From assembly GCF_000354175.2 (NCBI RefSeq), contig NC_022349.1, positions 2,250,001 through 2,282,000 of the forward strand: DNA of 32,000 nucleotides. Direction: 5' to 3'. Both the position numbers and the translations under genes were made by a program. The DNA is from Vibrio alginolyticus NBRC 15630 = ATCC 17749 (GTDB taxonomy: Bacteria > Pseudomonadota > Gammaproteobacteria > Enterobacterales > Vibrionaceae). Shown here piece after piece: positions 1-9,561 of the stretch (the first letter of the stretch is position 1; each line of letters begins with the position of its first letter). The notes below the pieces were generated by a model. It saw only the letters and a list, made by a program, of their open reading frames with translations. It had not been told where the DNA came from and searched no databases.

Positions 1-367
1 GGTTTTTGGGCAACGGGCGTTTTTTGCGAGGTGCTGAAACCCCTTTGGCTGGGTTAGCCGACATCTCGCCACGCAGAATAAGGAAATCGAAAAAGCTACG
101 CAGCGATGAGAGTCGCGTTGCCAAACTGCTGGCTTTCATGCCTTCTCGCATGCCCTTACCTGCTAATTGGCGCACCCAACCAGCATCCACTTGAGACCAA
201 TCTTTGAGTCCCATTTCAGCTAAGTGCTGCGCCATTGTTTCTAGCTGCTGTTTGTAATTGCGCTGAGTATGTAGGCTAAGCCCCTTTTCGCTTCGTAAGA
301 ATTCATAGAAGCGCTCAAGAGGCTTTTGCAGACTATTTGGCAGAGGAGTGTTGGGAGTTGTCGTCAT
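1..367 (-). CDS. xerC: Tyrosine recombinase XerC, N-terminal ~122 codons; the 3' end runs off the window start
   Basis: Absent from the ORF track because there is no stop in the window. My minus-strand translation from the ATG at 367 gives [45 protein letters not shown]...LRSFFDFLILRGEMSANPAKGVSAPRKKRPLPKN. This aligns with the E. coli XerC N-terminal domain (..ANPAKGVSAPK..LPKN). It follows the conserved dapF-yigA-xerC order. Confidence 0.9.
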   Translation of the reverse strand, partial: MTTTPNTPLPNSLQKPLERFYEFLRSEKGLSLHTQRNYKQQLETMAQHLAEMGLKDWSQVDAGWVRQLAGKGMREGMKASSLATRLSSLRSFFDFLILRGEMSANPAKGVSAPRKKRPLPKN

Positions 368-1064
368 CGTAACTTTGCCATACCAGTGTTTGAGCGAGAT
401 GTGCCACTACTAATGATAGGTGACGCAAAAACAAGGTATCCATATCTGGCTGAAAATGGCCGCCATCTTCACTAGAAAAAGCAAGCACGCCCAGTGTTTG
501 CTGTTTCACGAGCGGCAGTACCACATAGGACCCCATTTCCGGCACTTCCATGTTGCCAAACAAAGCTTCACGATCTACTTTGCGAAGACGTCCTAAGTAC
601 GCATCTTTGCCATTTAAGTGAGTGGTCGCAAAGCGTTGATAACTTTCCTTACTCAATTGAATCGATGCGTCGCATTGACTAAACAATCGAACAAACGCAC
701 GTAAGCCCAGCGCCTTGGCTTTCGCTTCGATAGAATGAATGACTTGTTTAAAGTCACCACACTTTAGAATCTGCCCCTGCAAATCCATAAATTCGTAAAA
801 GGTCCGATCATTGTTCGCCGCAAGCGACATTAGTGTAGTGATCTCTTCCTCTAACTCTTCAATGCGCTGACGTTGGCGATTCATTTGGATGTGCACCAAA
901 GATACCGCGCCTAAGTCTGAGTGTGGGAAAGATAAGCGATCCACAAGCTCCGGACGTTGCACAAAAAAGTCTGGATGATCTTTGAGGTACTCGGCCACTA
1001 CTTCAGCCGTTAAGGCATCTGCTTCTACTTGAGACAAACCGTTTCCTTTTTCTTCAACTAGCAA
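333..1064 (-). CDS. yigA: DUF484 (YigA-family) protein
   Basis: 243-aa ORF. The N-terminal [18 protein letters not shown] aligns with E. coli YigA (DDRAVVDYLIKNPEFF). It sits between dapF and xerC as in E. coli. The track start is TTG at 1064, overlapping the dapF stop. An alternative TTG at 1037 has an AGGA 6 nt upstream, so the start is uncertain. Confidence 0.8.
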   Translation of the reverse strand: MLVEEKGNGLSQVEADALTAEVVAEYLKDHPDFFVQRPELVDRLSFPHSDLGAVSLVHIQMNRQRQRIEELEEEITTLMSLAANNDRTFYEFMDLQGQILKCGDFKQVIHSIEAKAKALGLRAFVRLFSQCDASIQLSKESYQRFATTHLNGKDAYLGRLRKVDREALFGNMEVPEMGSYVVLPLVKQQTLGVLAFSSEDGGHFQPDMDTLFLRHLSLVVAHLAQTLVWQSYDDDNSQHSSAK

Positions 1065-1888
1065 GATAATTGACCATCAAATACATGCGTTGTAGGTCCG
1101 GTCATAAACAACGGCTTGCCAGGACCTTGCCATGCAATTCGCAATTCACCACCAGGTAGAGAAACCTTAACGTTTTCATCCAACAAGCCCTGCAGAATCC
1201 CAACCGCGACTGCCGCGCATGCACCACTACCACAAGCTTGTGTCTCTCCTGCGCCTCGCTCGTAAACTCGAAGACGAATATGGTCACGACTCATCACCTG
1301 CATAAAGCCAGCGTTGACGCGCTCTGGGAAACGCTCATGCGACTCAAGCAGCGGACCGAGAGTTTCCACTTCTGCCGTATCCACATCGTCGACCACGGTC
1401 ACTACGTGCGGGTTACCCATGCTCACAGCACCACAAAACAAGGTATTGTCGCCTGCTCGCATGATGTAAGTTTTCTCTTTTTGCTTCGCTTTGAAAGGAA
1501 TTTTGTTCGGTTCAAACTCTGGCACGCCCATGTTGACCGTCACTTCCCCATCATCTTCGATGTTGAGAATCATCTTTCCTTTCTTGGTGCTCACGCTGAT
1601 GCTGTATTTATTGGTCAGCCCCTTCAAGCGAACAAAGCGGGCAAAACAGCGTGCACCGTTACCACACTGTTCAACTTCACTACCATCGGCATTAAAAATC
1701 CGATAATGGAAGTCGGTTTCAGGGTCGTAAGGGGCCTCTACCACAAGCAATTGGTCAAAACCAACGCCAGTATGACGATCCGCCAAGCGGCGGATCAGGT
1801 CTTGCGAGAAAAACACGTTCTGGGTAATACAGTCGACGACCATGAAGTCGTTGCCCAAACCGTGCATTTTGGAAAAGTGGAAATGCAT
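1058..1888 (-). CDS. dapF: Diaminopimelate epimerase
   Basis: 276 aa with an ATG start. [19 protein letters not shown] and the two catalytic Cys contexts ([17 protein letters not shown]) are typical of DapF. Confidence 0.97.
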   Translation of the reverse strand: MHFHFSKMHGLGNDFMVVDCITQNVFFSQDLIRRLADRHTGVGFDQLLVVEAPYDPETDFHYRIFNADGSEVEQCGNGARCFARFVRLKGLTNKYSISVSTKKGKMILNIEDDGEVTVNMGVPEFEPNKIPFKAKQKEKTYIMRAGDNTLFCGAVSMGNPHVVTVVDDVDTAEVETLGPLLESHERFPERVNAGFMQVMSRDHIRLRVYERGAGETQACGSGACAAVAVGILQGLLDENVKVSLPGGELRIAWQGPGKPLFMTGPTTHVFDGQLSC

Positions 1889-1898
1889 TTGTCGTGTG

Positions 1899-3152
1899 TT
1901 ACTCCGGTAGAATCTGTTCCAGCTGCCACAAACTGGTCAGCTCCTCACGCTGGCGAACTAAGTGGCTTTGTTTACCGTCCACCATCACTTCTGCTGCTCG
2001 GGTACGAGTATTGTAGTTCGAAGACATCACAAAACCATAGGCACCTGCTGAACGAACCGCGAGTAGATCACCTTCTTGCAAAACGAGTGCGCGATCTTTA
2101 CCCAAGAAGTCGCCGGTTTCACAAATAGGACCAACCAAGTCGTAAGTCTGAGCTTCACCCTTTCGCGGTGAAACTGGCACAATATCTTGCCATGCTTGGT
2201 ATAGCGCAGGACGCATCAAGTCGTTCATTGCAGCGTCGATAATCGCAAAGTTTTTATGCTCAGTATGTTTTAAAAACTCAACACGCGTTAGCAATATACC
2301 TGCGTTCGCAGCAATTGCACGGCCTGGCTCAAAGATCAGCTCCAAGTCTTGGTGATTTTCAAGACGGCCTAGTAACGCTTTGGCGTAATCAGAAGGCTGA
2401 GGTGGTAATTCATCACGATAGACCACACCCAAACCACCGCCGACGTCAAGGTGACGAATGTTAATGCCTTGCGCTTTTAAATCATCAATCAGGGCTAATA
2501 AACGGTCTGTCGCGTCGATAAATGGGTCTATATTGGTCAGCTGAGAACCAATGTGGCAGTCGATACCTTGCACATTCAAGTTCGGCAGGCTTTGCGCGAA
2601 TTTATAAACATCTGGCGCACGATCAAACGCAATGCCGAATTTATTGTCGCGAAGACCAGTCGAAATGTAAGGGTGTGTTTTCGCGTCGACATCTGGATTG
2701 ATACGCAGAGAAATTGGCGCAATCACACCAAGCTCACCCGCAACCTTGTTCAAACGTTCTAGCTCTGGCTCAGATTCAACGTTGAAACATTTGATACCTA
2801 GCTCAAGAGCGCGCTTCATCTCTGCCGGTGTTTTACCAACACCAGAGAAAACGACTTTTTTCGGATCACCGCCTGCGGCAATCACACGCTCAAGTTCACC
2901 ACCCGACACGATGTCAAAACCCGATCCCAAACGCGCTAGCGTGTTCAATACGCCTAAGTTTGAGTTGGCTTTCACCGCGTAGCAAACCAGGTGAGGATGC
3001 TGACCCACAGCACTATCAAACGCCTTCCAATGGCGCTCTAGCGTGGCTCGAGAATATACATAAAGAGGAGTGCCATATTGCTCTGCAAGAGCTTGAAGTG
3101 GGACGTCTTCGGCCCAAAGCTGGCCATCATCCTGATAGTTGAAGTAATCCAA
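1899..3152 (-). CDS. lysA: Diaminopimelate decarboxylase (PLP-dependent)
   Basis: 417 aa. The protein has an alanine-racemase/ODC-fold signature ([23 protein letters not shown]). The start codon is TTG (caa at 3150-3152 on the plus strand), with GGGAAG upstream. Confidence 0.95.
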   Translation of the reverse strand: MDYFNYQDDGQLWAEDVPLQALAEQYGTPLYVYSRATLERHWKAFDSAVGQHPHLVCYAVKANSNLGVLNTLARLGSGFDIVSGGELERVIAAGGDPKKVVFSGVGKTPAEMKRALELGIKCFNVESEPELERLNKVAGELGVIAPISLRINPDVDAKTHPYISTGLRDNKFGIAFDRAPDVYKFAQSLPNLNVQGIDCHIGSQLTNIDPFIDATDRLLALIDDLKAQGINIRHLDVGGGLGVVYRDELPPQPSDYAKALLGRLENHQDLELIFEPGRAIAANAGILLTRVEFLKHTEHKNFAIIDAAMNDLMRPALYQAWQDIVPVSPRKGEAQTYDLVGPICETGDFLGKDRALVLQEGDLLAVRSAGAYGFVMSSNYNTRTRAAEVMVDGKQSHLVRQREELTSLWQLEQILPE

Positions 3153-3213
3153 AATTCGCTTCCCTTATTTTATTCGACTGCTGAACCCTAATTTCACCCT
3201 AAGGTGCGGTTAT

Positions 3214-3330
3214 TTATTGTGATTGCTCATTCTGTTGAGTGTCATCTGGAATGTATAGTGAGCCAGACTGACCACACCCCGCTAAGGTCGCGGCAACCAT
3301 CACAAACAACACAGTAACTAATTTTTTCAT
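3214..3330 (-). CDS. lptM: Small lipoprotein LptM/YifL family (38 aa)
   Basis: Below the ORF-track size cutoff. My translation is MKKLVTVLFVMVAATLAGCGQSGSLYIPDDTQQNEQSQ, showing a signal peptide, an LAGC lipobox and the conserved G.LY.P motif. It lies upstream of lysA/dapF, as yifL does in E. coli. No obvious SD. Confidence 0.8.
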   Translation of the reverse strand: MKKLVTVLFVMVAATLAGCGQSGSLYIPDDTQQNEQSQ

Positions 3331-3404
3331 TTCGCATATCGTGATTATTGAATCAATGCCCCCTATAATCGCACCACACTCAGGAAAAGCAATAGGATAG
3401 ACGG

Positions 3405-3719
3405 ATGAACGATACTGAATTTCATCAACTGGTGGATGCGCAGATGCAAATCATCGAAGAATCCATCGATGATTCAGGCGCAGACATTGATTACGAAGTC
3501 ACTGGCAACGTAATGACATTGGAATTTGAAGACCGCAGCCAAATCATCATTAATCGCCAAGAGCCGATGCATGAGATCTGGCTAGCGTCCAAATCTGGTG
3601 GTTTCCACTTCAAGCTTATTGAAGGTAAATGGACCTGCTCAAAAACGGGTATGGAGCTATTTGAAATGGTGAAGAAAGAGTGTGAAAAGCACGCAGGCGA
3701 AGCCATTGATTGGGCATAA
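3405..3719 (+). CDS. cyaY: Iron-sulfur cluster assembly protein CyaY (bacterial frataxin)
   Basis: 104 aa. MNDTEFHQLVD...INRQEPMHEIWLASKSGGFHF matches CyaY. AGGA precedes the ATG. The gene is adjacent to cyaA as in E. coli. Confidence 0.95.
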   Translation: MNDTEFHQLVDAQMQIIEESIDDSGADIDYEVTGNVMTLEFEDRSQIIINRQEPMHEIWLASKSGGFHFKLIEGKWTCSKTGMELFEMVKKECEKHAGEAIDWA

Positions 3720-3742
3720 TTCTGGTCAATCGTCACCAAAAC

Positions 3743-3770
3743 AAAAGAGCACCGAAGTGCTCTTTTTGTT
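3743..3770. terminator. Bidirectional rho-independent terminator between the convergent cyaY and cyaA
   Basis: Perfect hairpin aaaagagcac-cgaa-gtgctctttt, flanked by A and T runs on both sides. Confidence 0.8.
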
Positions 3771-3787
3771 TATTGATACGGGTTTAA

Positions 3788-6316
3788 TTACGCGTTCACA
3801 GTTTTGGTCGGGCGACTCGGTGAACAACCGTCATTACGGTAAGGAATGATATACGCATTCCCCTCTTCAGGGTGAATAATTTGATAGTACTGAGGCAGGT
3901 TAAAGTTAATAAACTTCGACGCGACGCGACTATCGTCTTTTACCGACGTGTAGAAGCTGTTTACAGACGAAATCATTTCATCTTTGGAGCCACTAAATTG
4001 GTGATACACTTCCACTTGATTTGACTCATCCAAAACATAAATATTGAAGCCATCTTCGTTATCTTCAAAGAAGAACTGCACCAGACCTTCACTGGCAAAC
4101 CCATCCACCGCCTCCGGCATTTGATATTCTTGCTCACGATCGAGCATTAACAGCGGCGAGCCTTTGAGTTTGTTAGTAGAAATGCTGCGGTAGAAATCGA
4201 TGGAATTTTCTAGCTTCTGCACCGACACACCACGACGTTCAAAGAACAACCCATAAGTCTGGTTACCAAGACGCATCGCTTTAAAGCGGCGGCGTTTCTC
4301 TTGCTCTACTGGTTTCAAGCGTAAGTCGATACATTCAGCTAAAAGCTGGTAAACCATATTACGCATCACACCACGCATGTTCTTCGCATAGCAGAACACA
4401 TCCACTGATTCTGGTGGCAACGCATCTTGGTGCATTTTGCCCAAAATGGTTTTCAGTGCATCCAGCATCGCCGTTTCCCCTTTGAAATGCAGCGTACGCA
4501 CTTCATGCCAAGAGTTACGGTAAACAAGGTCAACACTGCCGACTAAATTTTTATGTTCTGGACCAAAGCTAAAAATATCGGTGTTCTTAACATCCACTTT
4601 CAACGAACGACCAGAAAGTTCAGACGTCGGATCATTTTCGAAGTTGATGAACATCGCAAGCTGGCTTATTTCACAAGGACTCGCTAGCGCCTGCATAGAT
4701 GGACGACGCTTACGCAACGCAAAAGTATTTCGTAAGTCACTCACCATTTGGTAAAACTTATCAATATCTAGCTGCGCTTCACGTACCACGGCATGTAAAC
4801 GAGTCGATTCAGTGATCAAGCCATTGAAGAATGCCCAAGCAACCAACTTACTCAAGTATTCATGATGCTCTAGATATGGTTGCCCCAAAATGCGGTGCGC
4901 AATAAGCGGTTGTTTATAGAGGTACCAACCAGACTTGTTTACCCCCCCTTTTTTCACTTCGATAAAGCTCAAGTCAGGCTCGTGCAGATCAGGTGAAATC
5001 TGTGGGTTTAGTAACGTTACTTTGCCCGGCAATACTTCAAAAGCCGCGTAGAGTTTACGGGCCAAAATACTGATGTCTTGCGGACTGATAGCAGAAGTGA
5101 TGTCGTTACGACGCGCAAATTGAATCAAGTTACGGTAGCTTTGCATCAACGCATCCAGCAATGCATGATGTACCACCTTTACTTGTTCAACCTTCCAATT
5201 ACGGCGGTCATCGAGCTCTGCAACGACACTGGCATCCCAATTCCATTTTGCAATCATATCGCTCAGTGCTTCACGACGCCAAGCTACTGAGCCAATATTC
5301 GGCTCACGAGATAGTTTTTCATGGGTTTTGAGATAGAAACAGCGACGCACCAAATCCAAACGTGTATCGTCTTGAATTCGCTCTAGGTAACGGGTTACTT
5401 TTTCCAACATTAAGTAGTACGCATCCATGCCATAGAGGTCAGGCTCATGGGCAAAGAAACGACGCTTAGTGTCGATACTTAACAATTGAGTATGCGGGTA
5501 TTCCCACGAGTAAGCTTCTAGCAAGATGGCTTTTAATACCGATTTGTAGGGAGAGTCGATGCTTTTGTATAACTGCCACAAGTTCGAGCCGAAGTATTCT
5601 TCAGCAGGAATGCAGTTCAATTTACCAAAGTCGATCCATTCACTACAGTCGATGTAACCATCACTGCACAGTTGAGAAACGTACTCGTCGTAACACTCTT
5701 CCATTTCTGGCGGCACGATTTGCCATAACAAACGCTGTCCGGCAATACGCACCGCACTACGATAGAATTCATCTAGCAAAAGTAAGTGCTGAGATGAACC
5801 ACAGTTATCACCTGTCATCTCCTCAGAATGATTGCTTCTAAAGCGCTCTTTATCCATTAAGAAAAAGTTCGCTTCCACGCCTTTGCTTTGTGCCCAATCC
5901 GTGATGAGTAGGCATTTATTGGTCAATAACTCGCGTTCGTCACAATCCATCTCTGGAGAGATACACACCCAAATATCCAAATCACTGGAAGTACTTTGAC
6001 CAATCGAGGAGGTACTGCCCATGGTGTACAAACCCAATATAGCGGGCTTTTCTACCGTCTTGAGCGGCTGACCAATGGCAAGTTGAATATCATCTATGAA
6101 TTGTTGCTGAATACTATTTAGTTCAAGCCCATGCACACCAAACGGGACATCGGCATCATAATAGCCAGGAATTACAGGATGGTTGTAGTTCAACAAGGCA
6201 GGAATCAAATGGAAGACTTGCTGGCTTTGCGAATCCATAAGCGCCAGCGCGCGATCAACTCGCTGCTGATTCAAATTATCTAGTCGCTGGATGATTTTTT
6301 GGGTGTAAGCCTGCAA
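3788..6316 (-). CDS. cyaA: Class I adenylate cyclase
   Basis: 842 aa, colinear with E. coli CyaA (YTMGSTSS.GQS.SSDLDIWVC, LLLDEFYR, LWQLYKSIDSPYK, ASEG..QFFFE). The start codon is TTG (caa at 6314-6316), with AAGGA upstream. Confidence 0.97.
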   Translation of the reverse strand: MQAYTQKIIQRLDNLNQQRVDRALALMDSQSQQVFHLIPALLNYNHPVIPGYYDADVPFGVHGLELNSIQQQFIDDIQLAIGQPLKTVEKPAILGLYTMGSTSSIGQSTSSDLDIWVCISPEMDCDERELLTNKCLLITDWAQSKGVEANFFLMDKERFRSNHSEEMTGDNCGSSQHLLLLDEFYRSAVRIAGQRLLWQIVPPEMEECYDEYVSQLCSDGYIDCSEWIDFGKLNCIPAEEYFGSNLWQLYKSIDSPYKSVLKAILLEAYSWEYPHTQLLSIDTKRRFFAHEPDLYGMDAYYLMLEKVTRYLERIQDDTRLDLVRRCFYLKTHEKLSREPNIGSVAWRREALSDMIAKWNWDASVVAELDDRRNWKVEQVKVVHHALLDALMQSYRNLIQFARRNDITSAISPQDISILARKLYAAFEVLPGKVTLLNPQISPDLHEPDLSFIEVKKGGVNKSGWYLYKQPLIAHRILGQPYLEHHEYLSKLVAWAFFNGLITESTRLHAVVREAQLDIDKFYQMVSDLRNTFALRKRRPSMQALASPCEISQLAMFINFENDPTSELSGRSLKVDVKNTDIFSFGPEHKNLVGSVDLVYRNSWHEVRTLHFKGETAMLDALKTILGKMHQDALPPESVDVFCYAKNMRGVMRNMVYQLLAECIDLRLKPVEQEKRRRFKAMRLGNQTYGLFFERRGVSVQKLENSIDFYRSISTNKLKGSPLLMLDREQEYQMPEAVDGFASEGLVQFFFEDNEDGFNIYVLDESNQVEVYHQFSGSKDEMISSVNSFYTSVKDDSRVASKFINFNLPQYYQIIHPEEGNAYIIPYRNDGCSPSRPTKTVNA

Positions 6317-6662
6317 GGGGAATTCCTTGGTTGAACAATCACGAAAATCTGCTGACGTTTTAAACCAAAATGGCTTAAAAACGTGATCAATTTAACACTT
6401 TTATTGGTGCGGGTAAAGCTTCACGCCCGCGTATCACTCTGGATACAAAACCATACTTTAGTCACAAAATTAATCGCGCGGTAGTGTCGCTCTTATTACC
6501 TATTACTAATAATAGTCCTTAGTCTAATTGAGAATCCAGTCACACTATTTTCATAACGTCATGTAATTCCATTCATAGCCTTCAGAGATAACGAACTAAC
6601 AGTAAGCATTTCTTGATGAGAATGGTAGGATAAACCCAAATCCAAACAGCATTGAGAAGATC

Positions 6663-7601
6663 ATGACACAATCCACACCGATTCGCATTGCAACTCGAAA
6701 AAGCCCTCTTGCTTTATGGCAAGCTTACTTTGTTAAAGACGCCCTTCAAGCCGCTCACCCTAGCTTGGAAGTCGAGTTAGTAACCATGGTGACCAAAGGT
6801 GACGTGATTTTAGATACACCACTAGCAAAAGTTGGCGGCAAAGGCTTGTTCGTAAAAGAGCTTGAAATCGCGATGCTAGAAGGACGTGCAGACCTCGCCG
6901 TTCACTCAATGAAAGACGTACCCGTCGATTTCCCAGAAGGCCTTGGCCTCGTGACCATTTGTGAGCGTGAAGATCCTCGTGATGCCTTCGTCTCTAATAC
7001 CTATAGCCACATTGATGAGCTCCCTCAAGGTGCCGTGGTTGGTACTTGCAGTTTGCGTCGTCAATGCCAACTGAAAGAATATCGTCCGGACATCATCATC
7101 AAAGAGCTTCGCGGTAATGTGGGCACTCGCCTTGGTAAGTTAGATGCGGGTGAGTATGATGCAATCATTCTTGCTGCGGCTGGCCTTAAACGATTGAAGC
7201 TTGAAGAGCGCATTCGTAGCTTTATCGAACCAGAGCAATCACTACCAGCGGTAGGCCAAGGTGCTGTCGGTATTGAGTGCCGCCTTGACGATGAAAGACT
7301 GCTTAAGCTGCTTGAGCCACTTAACCACCAAGACACCGTAGACCGCGTTTTGTGTGAGCGCGCAATGAACCTGACGCTAGAAGGCGGCTGTCAGGTACCG
7401 ATCGGCAGCTATGCCCTACTAGACGGCGACAACATTTGGTTACGCGCATTAGTTGGCGAACCAGATGGCAGCGAAATTGTTCGTGGTGAAATTCGTGGCC
7501 ATCGTAAAGATGGCGAAGCATTAGGAGTGCAGCTAGCCAATGAGCTGCTAGATAACGGCGCTCGTGAAATCCTAACTAAGCTGTACGCAGATCACGAATA
7601 A
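6663..7601 (+). CDS. hemC: Porphobilinogen deaminase (hydroxymethylbilane synthase)
   Basis: 312 aa. [26 protein letters not shown] and GGCQVPIG are HemC hallmarks. Confidence 0.97.
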   Translation: MTQSTPIRIATRKSPLALWQAYFVKDALQAAHPSLEVELVTMVTKGDVILDTPLAKVGGKGLFVKELEIAMLEGRADLAVHSMKDVPVDFPEGLGLVTICEREDPRDAFVSNTYSHIDELPQGAVVGTCSLRRQCQLKEYRPDIIIKELRGNVGTRLGKLDAGEYDAIILAAAGLKRLKLEERIRSFIEPEQSLPAVGQGAVGIECRLDDERLLKLLEPLNHQDTVDRVLCERAMNLTLEGGCQVPIGSYALLDGDNIWLRALVGEPDGSEIVRGEIRGHRKDGEALGVQLANELLDNGAREILTKLYADHE

Positions 7602-7603
7602 CC

Positions 7604-8332
7604 ATGGCAGTGTTGGTCACTCGGCCGGGAGAGCAAGGCAACGCGCTTTGCTCTCTGCTCGAAAGGCATGGCATTTCCGCATATCACCATCCCCTGATCG
7701 ACATTGTCGCCGATCTCACGGACACGCACCTCTCTAAACATCTACATCAAGCTCAAATTGTTATCGCTGTTAGTCGACATGCAGTGCAATGCGCACAGCA
7801 AATCTTAGCCAGCAACGGGATGTCATGGCCGAAACAAGCTATTTACCTTGCCGTTGGTCAAAAAACAGCACACTATTTAAGCAAATGTACCCAACAGAAA
7901 GTACACTATCCCCAAGTCAGTGATAGTGAACACTTATTGCGACTGCCAGAGCTCAACAATGTGGCACAACAACAAGTTCTTATCCTTCGTGGTAACGGCG
8001 GAAGAGAGCTGATCAAAGATGCATTGGTGAGGCGTGGCGCAAAAGTTCACTATAGTGAGACTTACAAGAGAGAATTCATCCCATTCGATCCAGTAAGCTG
8101 TATCTCACTATGGAAAAACCTACAAATTAACCAGATTATTGTCACCAGTGGTGAACAACTGGATTATTTGTGCAGCCAATTGACGTCGGAGCAATTGACT
8201 TGGCTTAATCAACAAGAGTTGTATATCCCCAGTCAGCGTATCGCTGACATCGCAATTCAAAGGGGGTTCACTCGCGTGAGATGCACGGGAAGCGCATCCA
8301 ACCAAGAATTACTGGCGGCTCTCCAGCCCTAG
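7604..8332 (+). CDS. hemD: Uroporphyrinogen-III synthase
   Basis: 242 aa, starting 2 nt after the hemC stop. MAVLVTRPGEQG is a HemD-like N-terminus. It occupies the hemC-hemD-hemX-hemY position. Confidence 0.9.
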   Translation: MAVLVTRPGEQGNALCSLLERHGISAYHHPLIDIVADLTDTHLSKHLHQAQIVIAVSRHAVQCAQQILASNGMSWPKQAIYLAVGQKTAHYLSKCTQQKVHYPQVSDSEHLLRLPELNNVAQQQVLILRGNGGRELIKDALVRRGAKVHYSETYKREFIPFDPVSCISLWKNLQINQIIVTSGEQLDYLCSQLTSEQLTWLNQQELYIPSQRIADIAIQRGFTRVRCTGSASNQELLAALQP

Positions 8333-8349
8333 CTACACAGGATATAGGC

Positions 8350-9561
8350 ATGACAAGTAAAAATAACGACCAAAAAAATAACGATAAAAACCTTTCCGAA
8401 GAAACCTCATCGGCACCGCTAGTCGAAAAAACCACATCGCAGCAGGATGCGGACCTTAAAAAAGAGCAACCACAAGCGGCCGAGCCCCCAAAAACAGCAG
8501 AGCCAACCAAAGTCGAGTTTGAAGAAAAACAAGGTAAACGCGGTGTCAAACTAGGCACGGTCGCTATCATCTTATCGATTATTTTTGGCGGTGGCCTCGC
8601 GTACAAGCTGCATCAACAGCAAGCCGATTACCAAGCGCAGATCGCCCAACTAAAAAGTCAGCTAGAAAGCACTCAAGCTTCCATGAAGCAAGAACTCAGC
8701 CGGGTACAAGAAGAAACCATCGAGAAAGCAACAACCGTGACACACAAAGCGGAAGTGGTACTTGGACAGCAACAGAAGAGCATTGAAAGCTTACAGCTCG
8801 CCGTTGCCGATGTGAAAGGTCGTCGACCAAACGACTGGCTATTAGCGGAAGCCGATTACCTTGTCAAATTAGCTGGTCGTAAATTGTTCTTAGAGCACGA
8901 TGTAGAAAGCGCGACTCAACTGATGGAAAGTGCAGACCAACGCATTGCAGCACTGAATGACCCTAGCCTCGTCAAACTACGTAAAGCAATGGCGAACGAT
9001 ATCACCAAACTTCGCACTATCCCGCTAATTGACCGTGATGGATTGGTACTACGCTTAACTGCCCTACAACAGCAAGTAGACAAGCTCCCTCTCGCCAATG
9101 CACTGCTACCTGAAGCTGAAGCCGTAGAAAACACTGAAGTGTCTGAAGATATCGCAAACTGGCAAGATAACTTAATGACCTCTTTGAAGGACTTTTCAGA
9201 AAACTTCATTACCTTCCGCACGCGCGATGGTAACGTCATTCCACTGCTTTCTCCTGAGCAACACTTTTACCTGAAAGAAAACATCAAAGCCAAATTGGAA
9301 ACGGCAATAAAAGCGGTGTACCAAGAACAAGGTGAAATTTACACCACATCTCTAAAAACAGCCGACAAATGGGCATTAGCTTTCTTCAACCAAGACGATA
9401 ATTCTGTTAAAGAGTTCAACAAAACGGTTAACCTACTAAGTCAGCAAAATATTCAAGTGGAATACCCAACAAAACTGCAAAGTCAGTCTCAACTATCAGA
9501 TGTCATCCGTGAACGCCTACGTCGTGAAGTCACAACGATGACAGGCATGGAGGATAAGTAA
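8350..9561 (+). CDS. hemX: HemX-family inner-membrane protein (often annotated as a putative uroporphyrinogen-III C-methyltransferase)
   Basis: The ORF-track start at 8281 overlaps hemD. The ATG at 8350 (MTSKNNDQ...) follows AGGA and the hemD stop. The protein has a charged low-complexity N-terminus, one TM segment (LGTVAIILSIIFGGGLAY) and a coiled-coil region. Confidence 0.85.
   Translation: MTSKNNDQKNNDKNLSEETSSAPLVEKTTSQQDADLKKEQPQAAEPPKTAEPTKVEFEEKQGKRGVKLGTVAIILSIIFGGGLAYKLHQQQADYQAQIAQLKSQLESTQASMKQELSRVQEETIEKATTVTHKAEVVLGQQQKSIESLQLAVADVKGRRPNDWLLAEADYLVKLAGRKLFLEHDVESATQLMESADQRIAALNDPSLVKLRKAMANDITKLRTIPLIDRDGLVLRLTALQQQVDKLPLANALLPEAEAVENTEVSEDIANWQDNLMTSLKDFSENFITFRTRDGNVIPLLSPEQHFYLKENIKAKLETAIKAVYQEQGEIYTTSLKTADKWALAFFNQDDNSVKEFNKTVNLLSQQNIQVEYPTKLQSQSQLSDVIRERLRREVTTMTGMEDK

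Noticed and set aside
6-194. 62-aa plus-strand ORF at the window start.
   Set aside because: It is antisense to the xerC coding sequence, has a TTG start and has no support.
1-367. Considered whether the tyrosine recombinase at the window edge marks a mobile element or integron.
   Set aside because: The sequence and the dapF-yigA-xerC context identify it as the housekeeping dimer-resolution recombinase XerC. There are no att-like repeats, cassettes or transposase genes anywhere in the window.
1238-2128. 296-aa plus-strand ORF, plus shorter ones at 1491-1706 and 2553-3142.
   Set aside because: They lie entirely antisense to the confidently identified dapF and lysA. The translations are low-complexity with no recognisable motif. 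These are typical shadow ORFs.
8268-8606. 112-aa minus-strand ORF across the hemD/hemX junction, and 8916-9239 (-).
   Set aside because: Both are antisense to hemD and hemX within a conserved operon. The composition is low-complexity Ser/Ala/Cys-rich, reflecting the complement of the charged hemX N-terminus.
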